From positions 1,504,894 through 1,568,893 of the forward strand of contig JAYQLI010000035.1 of assembly GCA_038143065.1 (NCBI GenBank): a stretch of 64,000 bases of DNA, given 5' to 3'. This document shows, piece after piece, positions 1 through 9,232 of this stretch. Positions within the stretch are counted from its first letter, which is position 1; the number at the start of each line of letters is the position of its first letter. Source of the DNA: Rhodospirillales bacterium (GTDB lineage: Bacteria > Pseudomonadota > Alphaproteobacteria > Bin95). Under the pieces are notes generated by a model. That model was given only the letters and a program-made list of their open reading frames with translations, was not told where the DNA came from and did not search any database. Made by a program: the position numbers and the translations under genes.

Positions 1-278
1 AGGTTGGGTCATCATCGCGGGCTCCTGAATAGATTGGTCCCACAGTGTGTATTACATAGCGCGCAGGAAGGTCGTAGCCCTTGGTAATCCTAGCCTCTCC
101 AGTAGGACAACCACCGAAGTTTCTGCATTCTGCCAAAAGCTTCGGGCCAGCCGCGCGGTGGATCGCGCCATCGACGCCCCCCTCCTAAAAGAGTTTCATT
201 TGCCGCATTAACAATCGCATCTACGTTTAAACGGGTGATATCCCCCGCGATGCAAGAAATTCGTTCTACATCACTCAC
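1..278 (-). CDS. ymdB: Macro-domain O-acetyl-ADP-ribose deacetylase (YmdB-like); runs off the left edge; frameshift in the G run at ~177-182
   Basis: [20 protein letters not shown]; removing one G restores [50 protein letters not shown]. Confidence 0.9.
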
Positions 279-1159
279 TCAAAAACTGCCCACTCAGGCT
301 TACTCGGCCATATACGAGCTGCACTGGTTACAAACGGTTCACCAGCATCCCTTGCAGCTCTCCATGCATCAAGTCTAACGAGGGCAAGACCTGTTTCACC
401 AACATGGGAGCGCATCTCTCCAGCGTCCTTTCCCAAATACTGAATAACTTCTCCTTCCTCTGGAGCTTCTCCTTCAATGCGAACTGCCATTAAACGACGC
501 TTAACAAGACCCCTATATCGTGTCCGGGCAGTCAACTCTTGCCCGACATAACAACCCTTTTTCCAGTCAACACCATTTAATTCGTCAAATCCATTTTCCA
601 GCAAGAAGCCTCGATCAACCAAGATATCTGACGACCCTTCTGGCACGCCAAGCGAAAGTCGGTATGCCCGATATGCGTCAGCTGCACTTTCTGAAAAAGG
701 TGCTGCTAATTTAACAGCATCAGGGCCAACAAGACGAGTTCCAAGATCTTTCAATCGAGGGTCTATATACGCGGTTGCGCCGTCGAATAACTTTGCTGAA
801 CCTGGCTTGTTACCAATTCCAAAAGGGTCTTGACCCCATAGCACAACACATTGCCAATCACTCAACTTTGTAATTTCTGCTTGTGCCCTCAAACGATATA
901 CCTTCAAGCGCTTTACAAGATCGTCAACACGGGAGGTCTCGCATTCCAAAACGAGGCCGTCATCCAGTGATGTCAGAAATAAGTCATGTAAATATTTACC
1001 TTGGGGGGTAAGCAGGGCTCCATAACCAGCTCGCTCAGTCGTGACTTTTTCTACATCTTGAGAAAGAAGTCCCTGCAACAGGCTACGTGAATCTGTTCCA
1101 GTTACAGCCACAAAGGCTCGATCCTCTCTTAAAGCTTTTGTAACTGTATTATCCGCCAT
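275..1159 (-). CDS. ygfZ: Folate-binding Fe-S assembly/repair protein YgfZ (GcvT family)
   Basis: KGCYVGQE signature and LLTPQGK motif; likely start ATG at 1159 (MADN). Confidence 0.93.
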   Translation of the reverse strand: MADNTVTKALREDRAFVAVTGTDSRSLLQGLLSQDVEKVTTERAGYGALLTPQGKYLHDLFLTSLDDGLVLECETSRVDDLVKRLKVYRLRAQAEITKLSDWQCVVLWGQDPFGIGNKPGSAKLFDGATAYIDPRLKDLGTRLVGPDAVKLAAPFSESAADAYRAYRLSLGVPEGSSDILVDRGFLLENGFDELNGVDWKKGCYVGQELTARTRYRGLVKRRLMAVRIEGEAPEEGEVIQYLGKDAGEMRSHVGETGLALVRLDAWRAARDAGEPFVTSAARIWPSKPEWAVFE

Positions 1160-1331
1160 ACTGCTTGGCCTCCCCATTTTTCCACTCTCATTGGGCGTTG
1201 GGTCACAAGAAAACTTGGTAAGTATCAATAAAAAGTTCTGGCAAAAAAGTATTCTATTCTGAGAAATAATCTAATTGGAATCTCTAAGTGTCCTACCTGT
1301 ATTTTGTCATTCACTTTGTATTTGCAATAAT

Positions 1332-1343
1332 ATGTTTAAACAT
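1332..1343. promoter_or_regulatory. Perfect 12-bp palindrome ATGTTTAAACAT in the divergent ygfZ/acuI intergenic region; possible operator
   Basis: Palindrome read directly ~85 bp upstream of the acuI start; AT-rich context lowers significance. Confidence 0.25.
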
Positions 1344-1427
1344 TTTTACAGCCCGCGCTGTGTATTGCTAAGGCTGTGCGATAGTTTACTTAAATCTCCT
1401 ACACGAGAAAATGGGGTGGTTGGGCTC

Positions 1428-2420
1428 ATGGCGGAATTCCGCGCAATACTGCTTGAAAGACACGGCGAAACTGTTGCGCCAAGCATTCAAACTTTGGATT
1501 CAAACCGTTTGCCAGATGGCGACGTTACAGTCCGGGTAACATATTCAACGCTGAATTATAAAGATGGCCTAGTACTTAAAGGTCAGGGTGGCTTAGTGCG
1601 TAACTATCCCCACATTCCTGGTATTGACCTCATCGGGATAGTTGAAGATCCAGGGACGTCCAAATTCAATGTAGGCGATAAAGTCATCTCAACTGGGTGG
1701 CGTGTTGGTGAAGTCTGGTGGGGTGGTTATGCCACTATGGCAAAATTAAAGTCTGAGTGGTTAGTAAAAGCGCCAGATGGACTTTCTGAACAACAATGCA
1801 TGGCTATTGGCACTGCGGGTTTTACAGCGATGCAGTGCATTCTTGCACTGGAGTCAAACGGCGTAGACCCGAATTCTGGCGAAGTCGTTGTAACTGGTGC
1901 AGGGGGAGGAGTGGGTTCAGTCGCCGTTTCAATCCTCGCGGGGCTAGGGTACGAAGTTACTGCCGTCACGGGCCGGCCTCATCTAGAGAAATACTTCAGT
2001 GACTTAGGGGCGAAAAACCTCTTAAGCCGAGAAGAAATATATGATCTCGCGAAACGACCACTCCAAACTGAGCGATTTGCTGGAGCGATTGATACTGTTG
2101 GTGGAGATATTCTAGCAGGTGTACTGCCGGCCATTAAGTACAAGGGTACTGCCGCAATTTGTGGGCTTGCAGGAGGTGCTGGGTTAAAAACCACCGTAAT
2201 CCCGTTCATCTTAAGAGGTATTACCATGGCCGGTATAGATTCCGTGATGGCACCAACCAAAGAGCGGGAGGAAATATGGTCTCGCCTATCAACTGATTTA
2301 CCGATGAATAAACTAGACGCTGCAACTTCCGTCGTAGGACTGCAGGATGCCATCGACCTCGCTGATGAAATTCTTGCGGGACAAGTAAAAGGGCGAACCG
2401 TTATCGACGTTAATGCATGA
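1428..2420 (+). CDS. acuI: Acrylyl-CoA reductase AcuI/YhdH family (MDR, NADPH)
   Basis: YSTLNYKDGL, PHIPGID, AIGTAGFTAM, VTGAGGGVGS, PFILRGITMAGIDSV; start ATG 1428. Confidence 0.9.
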   Translation: MAEFRAILLERHGETVAPSIQTLDSNRLPDGDVTVRVTYSTLNYKDGLVLKGQGGLVRNYPHIPGIDLIGIVEDPGTSKFNVGDKVISTGWRVGEVWWGGYATMAKLKSEWLVKAPDGLSEQQCMAIGTAGFTAMQCILALESNGVDPNSGEVVVTGAGGGVGSVAVSILAGLGYEVTAVTGRPHLEKYFSDLGAKNLLSREEIYDLAKRPLQTERFAGAIDTVGGDILAGVLPAIKYKGTAAICGLAGGAGLKTTVIPFILRGITMAGIDSVMAPTKEREEIWSRLSTDLPMNKLDAATSVVGLQDAIDLADEILAGQVKGRTVIDVNA

Positions 2421-2431
2421 TCTAGACGTGA

Positions 2432-4021
2432 CTACATTGTCTGGTCTTTCGTTTTAAGGAAACGAACATCTGGGTATGTCTCTTCTGCGTTTTGAAGACG
2501 CCATGCATTACGCGCAAGAAAAACGGGTTCATTGTCATGATCTTCCGCAGTTTCTCCTCGGTTTTTATCGAGAAAATCCTTAAGTTTGCGTGGATCACTC
2601 GAAGCAACCCAGCGAGCTGTATGGAGGCCCGCGGGTTCAAAACGAACAGGAACGTCGTACTCTGCGCGTATTCGATCAGCTAAAACATCAAACTGAAGCT
2701 GTCCCACTACACCCACAATCCAATAGGCACCAACATTTGGTCGGAATACACGCGCCACTCCCTCCTCAGCTAACTGCGTTAATGCACGAGTTAAGTGCTT
2801 TGCTCTCATTGGGTCATCTGGGAGTACACGTTGCAAGAGCTCAGGCGCGAAATCTGGCACACCAGTAAAACGAACCTCTTCACCTTCCGTAAGACTATCG
2901 CCAATCCTAAGCTGACCATGATTAGGAAGTCCCACAATATCTCCTGGCCAAGCGTTTTCAGCAATCTCACGATCCTGTGCCAGAAACATCACTGGCGCAG
3001 ATATCGCCATCATTTTACCTGACCGCACATGACGAAGCTTCATTCCGCGTTGAAATTTTCCAGAGGCTAGCCTCACAAACGCAATACGGTCTCGGTGTTT
3101 TGGGTCCATATTCGCCTGAATTTTAAATACAAACCCAGACACTTTTTCTTCAGTAGGCTCTACCGAACGCTCTACAGCAGGCTGTGGTCGGGGTGGAGGT
3201 GCAAGTTGAGCAACACCATCCAATAGTTCGCGTACCCCAAAGTTATTGATAGCACTTCCAAAATAGATGGGGGTCAAATGTCCCTCTAAATAACTCTCTC
3301 GATCAAAAGCAGGACACAACTCTCTTGCCATTTCTGCCCCCTCTCGGAGTTCAGCAACAGCATGGCTTGGAAGCAATTTTTCTAGTGCTGGATCAGAAAG
3401 GCCGTCTACGCGGGCGCCTTCTTCTGGAATACCTTCCCGCGACCTTTCAAGAAGGATTAGCCTGTCGCGGTCAAGATCGTAACAGCCCTTAAAATCCCTA
3501 CCAGACCCAATCGGCCAGGACATTGGAGCTACATCGAGAGCTAATTGTTCTTGAATTTGATCAATAAGCTCGAAAGGTTCCAATGCCTCCCTATCCATCT
3601 TATTAACGAAGGTGACAATGGGAATGTCACGGAGACGACAAACTTCGAATAATTTTAAAGTTTGCGGCTCAATACCCTTAGCAGCGTCCAAGACCATGAT
3701 TGCGCTATCAACAGCCGTGAGTGTGCGATACGTATCCTCAGAAAAGTCTTCGTGGCCTGGAGTATCGAGTAAATTGAATGCCTTCGCGTCATACTCGAAG
3801 GACATAACAGATGAGGCAACAGAAATGCCTCTTTCTCTTTCAACTTTCAGCCTATCTGAACGTGCTCGACGTTGCTCACCGCGAGCCTTAACGGCACCAG
3901 CCATTTGAATAGCACCACCAAACAAGAGGAGCTTTTCAGTTAAGGTAGTCTTACCCGCATCAGGGTGAGCGATGATGGCAAATGTGCGCCGTCGTGCCGC
4001 CTCTGTCTCAAGGACGTTCAT
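2432..4021 (-). CDS. prfC: Peptide chain release factor 3
   Basis: RRTFAIIAHPDAGKTT, LLDTPGHEDFSEDTYR, FKIQANMDPKHRDR. Confidence 0.97.
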   Translation of the reverse strand: MNVLETEAARRRTFAIIAHPDAGKTTLTEKLLLFGGAIQMAGAVKARGEQRRARSDRLKVERERGISVASSVMSFEYDAKAFNLLDTPGHEDFSEDTYRTLTAVDSAIMVLDAAKGIEPQTLKLFEVCRLRDIPIVTFVNKMDREALEPFELIDQIQEQLALDVAPMSWPIGSGRDFKGCYDLDRDRLILLERSREGIPEEGARVDGLSDPALEKLLPSHAVAELREGAEMARELCPAFDRESYLEGHLTPIYFGSAINNFGVRELLDGVAQLAPPPRPQPAVERSVEPTEEKVSGFVFKIQANMDPKHRDRIAFVRLASGKFQRGMKLRHVRSGKMMAISAPVMFLAQDREIAENAWPGDIVGLPNHGQLRIGDSLTEGEEVRFTGVPDFAPELLQRVLPDDPMRAKHLTRALTQLAEEGVARVFRPNVGAYWIVGVVGQLQFDVLADRIRAEYDVPVRFEPAGLHTARWVASSDPRKLKDFLDKNRGETAEDHDNEPVFLARNAWRLQNAEETYPDVRFLKTKDQTM

Positions 4022-4222
4022 TAAAATTCTTCCAAATACATTTTAAGGCACAGCTGATCTTAGGATGTATAGCAAAATCAGCCCCAACAATAAGAAAAGA
4101 AACTTATGAGCCTCTTTCATTCATTACTCGAAGCACCTAAACCAGAATCCTATGGTTGGAAAGAGGTTGCTGATAGCAATTTATTGGCACCCCCCCTTAC
4201 CTAAAAGGCATGAGGGCTTTGG

Positions 4223-5728
4223 TTACTCGCGAGTTGGCTTAATGGCAACAAAGCGAAGAGTTCCTTTTCTGTTTATCAGCAGCAACACTGACTTACGCTT
4301 ACTAGCGATCGCCTCGGCCACCTTCTCTCGTACATCAAGAGGACTAGAAACTGGATCCTGATTAATCTCAATGATTACGTCACCAGGAAGAACATTTTCT
4401 TGTGCTGCTGGGCCTTCCTCCTGAACAGCTACAATCAAGGCTCCCTTGATATCTTCTTCAATGCCGTTTTCTGCACGTGCTTCATCAGTAAGAGGAGCAA
4501 TCATCAGTCCAACATTAGGAATTTCCAGTGAGGGGTCTGCCTCTTCAGCAGCTTCTTTCGCTAATGTTTCATCTAGTCTTGCGACTGTTATACGAACAAC
4601 TTCCTCTGCTTTATCTCGCCAGACGACAACTGGAACCTCAGAGCCAATTTTTGTCTCCGCCACAATTCGCGGCAAACGCCTAACTTTATCGATATCGATA
4701 CCATTGAATTTAAGAATTATGTCCTGCTCTTTAATACCGCCTAGCATCGCTGGGCCATCCTTCGCTACTGAAGCAACTAATGCTCCGCGCGCTTTATCAA
4801 GGCCCAACGTGTTAGCAATTTCATCTGTGACAGTTTGGATATGTACTCCAAGCCACCCTCTCCGGGTTTCACCAAAGCGCTGGAGTTGATCAATAATTGG
4901 GGCAGCCAGCGATGTAGGCACTGCAAAGCCAATACCTACTGACCCACCAGTCGGGGAATAGATTGCAGAATTAACACCGATTACTTCCCCATCCATATTA
5001 AGCATAGGGCCACCAGAGTTACCCTTATTTATTGCGGCATCTGTTTGAAGGTAATCGTCATACGGACCTGAACGAATATCTCTTTGGCGCGCTGAAATGA
5101 TACCTGCCGAAACCGATCCACCCAGCCCAAATGGATTTCCAATAGCAATCACCCAGTCACCGACACGAATTTTTCTGCTATCGCCAATTTTTAAAAAAGC
5201 TAGAGGCGTTTCACTTTCTACCTTTAAAACAGCCAGATCTGTCTTTGGGTCACGGCCAAGCACCTTTGCGGGCAGTTCGTGATCATCTTGAAATCTGATA
5301 ACGATCTCATCAGCGCCTGCAATGACATGATTATTCGTAACCACAATACCTGAGGGATCAATTACGAACCCAGATCCAAGTGAATTTGCTTGACGAGGCT
5401 GAGAACCGTTTGGGTTGCGCTCTAAAAACTCTTTAAAAAAATCCTCAAAGGGAGTGCCTGGGGGAACATCCGGGCGATCCCCGACAGATATATTCTGGGT
5501 TGTAGAAATGTTCACTACCGCTGGCAAAGATTTTTCAGCAAGGTCAGCAAAACTTTCTCCAGGCTGACGGGCAGCAACCGGATTAGTTCCAAACACAAAC
5601 CCACCAACTAGAACGGCAGCGAAAAAATTAGCTATCAGGCAGCGCAAGGTTTTTTCCTTTCGCAGAAGTCGGTGAAGCGAAAAATTCCGAACAGACATGG
5701 CAAGGTCTGGTAAGAACCGCCGTTTCAT
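4223..5728 (-). CDS. degP: Do/DegP-family periplasmic serine protease with two PDZ domains (start may lie further downstream)
   Basis: TNNHV, DLAVLK, GNSGGP catalytic triad; LQTDAAIN; RGWLGV PDZ. Confidence 0.93.
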   Translation of the reverse strand: MKRRFLPDLAMSVRNFSLHRLLRKEKTLRCLIANFFAAVLVGGFVFGTNPVAARQPGESFADLAEKSLPAVVNISTTQNISVGDRPDVPPGTPFEDFFKEFLERNPNGSQPRQANSLGSGFVIDPSGIVVTNNHVIAGADEIVIRFQDDHELPAKVLGRDPKTDLAVLKVESETPLAFLKIGDSRKIRVGDWVIAIGNPFGLGGSVSAGIISARQRDIRSGPYDDYLQTDAAINKGNSGGPMLNMDGEVIGVNSAIYSPTGGSVGIGFAVPTSLAAPIIDQLQRFGETRRGWLGVHIQTVTDEIANTLGLDKARGALVASVAKDGPAMLGGIKEQDIILKFNGIDIDKVRRLPRIVAETKIGSEVPVVVWRDKAEEVVRITVARLDETLAKEAAEEADPSLEIPNVGLMIAPLTDEARAENGIEEDIKGALIVAVQEEGPAAQENVLPGDVIIEINQDPVSSPLDVREKVAEAIASKRKSVLLLINRKGTLRFVAIKPTRE

Positions 5729-5735
5729 AAACGTC

Positions 5736-5921
5736 TCAGACCCGAGCGAACCAGATTATGGTAAGGCCTATGCAGGCTATCAGTAAGGCCCTGTAGCGCA
5801 ATGCCTCTGCTGGCTCATCAAGGACACGCTCCATCATCTTGCGCATTGCATTTGGGAATAGCCCATAGAGCATACCTTCTAGCACCAGGGCTAATCCCAA
5901 AGCCGTCACAAAATCAACCAT
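5736..5921 (-). CDS. DUF2065 small membrane protein
   Basis: DFVTALGLALVLEGMLYGLFP pattern; canonical position after hflC. Confidence 0.88.
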   Translation of the reverse strand: MVDFVTALGLALVLEGMLYGLFPNAMRKMMERVLDEPAEALRYRALLIACIGLTIIWFARV

Positions 5922-5936
5922 TGCCAGGTCCCGTCG

Positions 5937-6815
5937 TTAACGCTCGGAAGCCCCAGATTGACTCTGAAAGAACTGGAAGAAATCGCTATCTGGCGATAGA
6001 ACGAATGTCGTTCCCTCGCTTCCAAGTGCATTCCTATAAGCTTCCATGGAACGATAAAAGGCAAAAAACTCGGGATCTTGGCCAAAAGACTCCGCATAAA
6101 TACGGATCGCTTCACCATCCCCTTCACCCTTGAGCTCTTGTGCACGTTGTTGTGCTTTAGCTACGAGCTCTACGCGCTCACGATCAGCAGCAGCGCGAAT
6201 AGTGATTGCTACTTCCTGTCCTTCAGCACGAAGTTCACGCGCATCCCTCTCACGTTCAGTCTGCATACTCTGATAAATTGCCTCGGCGTTCACTTTAGGC
6301 AAATCAGCACGACGTACCCGCAAATCAACGAAGCTAATCCCAAAACGCGTGGATTCTGTATTTGCCACTGTCCTAATACGAAGCATGATTGCTGATCGCT
6401 GATCCGAAAGTACCGATTTTAATGTCTCAACAGCAAAGACGTCACGCATTGCCTTGCTAACAAGTTGGGCCAAGCGAGGTTCGGCATTAGCCTCAGATCC
6501 AAAGGATTGGACGAAGAGAAGTGGGTCCTGGATCACGAATCTAGAGATAACATCAACGACAAGACGATTCTTGTCTTTATCGACGATTTCCTCTGCCGCA
6601 GGGTCAAGGTTAAGCACACGGCCTTCAACATACCGCACAGATTGCCAAGGCAGCTTCCAATGCAGGCCTGGGTCGGTGATTACCTGGCGAGGATCACCGA
6701 ACTGGAAAACAATCGCCTGCTGTGTCTGGTGAACCGTGAAAGCAGACATAGCGACACCGACGACGGCAATGGCTAATAAAGCTAATGCGCCAATACCAGT
6801 TGCAACTTTACGCAT
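5937..6815 (-). CDS. hflC: FtsH modulator HflC
   Basis: SPFH domain, N-terminal TM, PEFFAFYRSMEAY and LSPDSDFF. Confidence 0.95.
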   Translation of the reverse strand: MRKVATGIGALALLAIAVVGVAMSAFTVHQTQQAIVFQFGDPRQVITDPGLHWKLPWQSVRYVEGRVLNLDPAAEEIVDKDKNRLVVDVISRFVIQDPLLFVQSFGSEANAEPRLAQLVSKAMRDVFAVETLKSVLSDQRSAIMLRIRTVANTESTRFGISFVDLRVRRADLPKVNAEAIYQSMQTERERDARELRAEGQEVAITIRAAADRERVELVAKAQQRAQELKGEGDGEAIRIYAESFGQDPEFFAFYRSMEAYRNALGSEGTTFVLSPDSDFFQFFQSQSGASER

Positions 6816-7948
6816 TAGTTCTGCCCTCCATTTGTCTTTTCAGAAGCTGTTCGCCGTTTTTGTATTTCTGGCAACGGGAGATAAGGGACAACCCCAGAAC
6901 CACCACCTTTGCCGTCACCATCAACAATTACTTTGTTTGCGTTACGTAACACTTCTTCCATCGTTTCAAGGTAAATACGACGTTGCGTAACATCCTTGGA
7001 AACTTTGTAAGAGTTGTAGACATTCATAAAGCGATTTGCGTCACCGGCAGCCCTTGCTGTCACTTCGCGCTTGTAAGCTTCCGCCTCTTCAATCAGCTTT
7101 GCAGCTTCACCCCTTGCCCTAGGAACGACATCACGCTGATAAGCCTCTGCTTGCTTTTGGAAGCGGTCCTTATCTGCGGCAGCGCGCTGCACATCGCGGA
7201 ATGCGTCAATAACTTGTCCAGGCGGGTCCACCCGCAAGACTTGCATATTGGTGATAGTCACGCCTGCTTTGTATTCATCGAGGAGCTTTTGGAGATTGAC
7301 TAGGCCATCAGCGGCAACCGCTTCACGTCCGTCTGTCAGGGCGTAATCTATCGAATTTTGACCAATTATCTCTCGTATAACTGATTCCGCAGCAGCCGCT
7401 ATGGTCTGTTCTGGGTTGCGAATTTGGAAGAGATAATCTCCAGCGTTAGCAATTTTCCAGAACACAACATAATCGACCTCAACGATTTTACTATCGCCCG
7501 TCAGCATACTTGCTTGATCTTCACCGCGACTAGGACCACCTAATTCAATTTTATTTACTCGGGTCACCTTCGGTGTTTGCACAGCTTCAATGGGGTATGG
7601 CAGATGAAAGTGGAGTCCGGGAGTTTCAAGTCGCACGAATTTACCAAATCGAGTAACCGCACCCTGCTCATCAGCCTCAACTCGATAGACACCGCTGAAT
7701 AACCATAATCCAAGGCCAATCAAGACTAGCAATACCAGCATCGCCTTATCGCCGCCTTTAGGAGCAAGTCGCTTCAGCTTCTCTTGACCCTTACGGATCA
7801 TCTCATCGAAGTCAGGCGGTTGCGGGCCTCTGCCGCCACCAGATGGTCCGCGGCCTCCACCACTGCCCCAGGGGCCTCCACCACCATTATTAGAACCACC
7901 GTTGTTGGATCCCCCACCCCAGGGTCCACCTTGATTTTGCCAGGGCAT
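6815..7948 (-). CDS. hflK: FtsH modulator HflK
   Basis: MPWQNQGG Gly-rich N-terminus, PPDFDE, PGLHFHLPYPIE, VTQRRIYLETM. Confidence 0.96.
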   Translation of the reverse strand: MPWQNQGGPWGGGSNNGGSNNGGGGPWGSGGGRGPSGGGRGPQPPDFDEMIRKGQEKLKRLAPKGGDKAMLVLLVLIGLGLWLFSGVYRVEADEQGAVTRFGKFVRLETPGLHFHLPYPIEAVQTPKVTRVNKIELGGPSRGEDQASMLTGDSKIVEVDYVVFWKIANAGDYLFQIRNPEQTIAAAAESVIREIIGQNSIDYALTDGREAVAADGLVNLQKLLDEYKAGVTITNMQVLRVDPPGQVIDAFRDVQRAAADKDRFQKQAEAYQRDVVPRARGEAAKLIEEAEAYKREVTARAAGDANRFMNVYNSYKVSKDVTQRRIYLETMEEVLRNANKVIVDGDGKGGGSGVVPYLPLPEIQKRRTASEKTNGGQN

Positions 7949-8058
7949 TCCGCCGCCTTTCGAATTGCTCTAAATAACTTTGCGTGCGCTTTTAACGTGC
8001 AGAATGTACATATACTACCGCAGCGCTAACCGGTAGACCCGGAGCACGTTTATCCCAT

Positions 8059-8085
8059 ATGTAGATGCAAAGGCATTGTATCAAG
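8059..8085 (-). promoter_or_regulatory. Possible RpoH (sigma32) promoter for hflKC-degP
   Basis: Minus strand CTTGAT-N14-TCTACAT resembles the alphaproteobacterial CTTGAA..CCTA[T/C]AT consensus; spacer is short. Confidence 0.3.
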
Positions 8086-8105
8086 CATTTCCTAGGAAAG
8101 AGATT

Positions 8106-9229
8106 ATGACAGAAGTGACAGAGGCCATAGTTCGGCAAGTCTTAGGCAACGTGAAATTCGGGGATCAAGACATTGTCTCTGCAGGTATTCTAGGCGGGAT
8201 TGCAATAAAAAATGGCTCTGTCCAAGCAACTCTAGAAATTGATCCTGAAACTGCGGCATCGATGGAGCCGGTTCGAAAGGAAGCAGAATCTTCTATCAGC
8301 GCTATACCAGGCGTTTTATCTGCCACCGTCGTAATGACTGCAGAGTCAAAACCAAAAACAGCTGCCACTTCGACACCGCATGATAACGAGCAACAAGCAG
8401 GCTCTGATGGCGGTGCCATTCCTGGAGTGGGTGCAATTATTGCTGTTGCCTCCGGAAAGGGGGAGTAGGGAAATCAACGGTCGCAGCGAATCTAGCTACC
8501 GCGCTGGCTCGTCAAGGCCTGAATGTTGGACTTCTAGATGCCGATATCTACGGCCCCTCAATGCCTCGGATGCTTGGTCGAACCGAACGACCAGACAGTC
8601 CGGACGGAAAGCAACTCATCCCACTCAAGGCTCACGGCGTGAAATTTATGTCGATCGGCCTACTTGTTGAGGAACGGACACCTATGATCTGGCGCGGGCC
8701 AATGGTGATGAGTGCTTTGCAACAAATGCTGCATGACGTCGCCTGGGCAAGTCCTGAAGAACCTATAGATGTACTTGTGCTGGATATGCCTCCAGGAACA
8801 GGTGATGCCCAGCTAACGGTTGCTCAGCGTGTACCGCTTGCAGGCGCTATAATTGTATCAACCCCCCAGGACATAGCACTTCTCGATGCCCGACGCGGCG
8901 TTTCTATGTTTGAAAAGGTAAATGTTCCAGTCTTGGGTGTCGTTGAAAACATGAGCGTCTATGTCTGCCCAAGTTGTGGTCATACTGCACATCCATTCGG
9001 TCATGGCGGCGCCAAGGCCGAAGCGGAAGCTTTAGGTGTTCCTTGCCTGGCAGAGATTCCTCTCACCCTTGGAATTCGTGAGCAAGGTGATGCTGGCGCA
9101 CCAATCGTTGTGGCAAAACCAGACTCTGCCGAAGCCATGGCATTCTTGGGTCTGGCCGATCGTGTAGCCGAAATATTGAACACTCACCCTGCTAGGAACC
9201 AAGACGGTCCAGCTATTATCTTTGAGTGA
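8106..9229 (+). CDS. apbC: Mrp/ApbC (NBP35) Fe-S carrier ATPase with N-terminal DUF59-type domain; frameshift at G run 8459-8463
   Basis: Adding one G restores the Walker A ASGKGGVGKST; DADIYGPSMP, WRGPM, DMPPGTGD, CPSC. Confidence 0.93.
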
Positions 9230-9232
9230 AGA

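Noticed and set aside
1-278. Macro domain as part of an anti-phage or ADP-ribosylation system
   Set aside because: It looks like a standard YmdB overlapping ygfZ; no partner toxin is visible, although the downstream side is outside the window
7830-7948. Gly/Asn-rich near-repeats (GGSNN twice, GGPWG twice)
   Set aside because: Normal low-complexity HflK N-terminus
8459-8468. Programmed frameshifting in apbC or other split genes
   Set aside because: Breaks fall inside conserved motifs of unrelated genes at homopolymers; sequencing error is simpler
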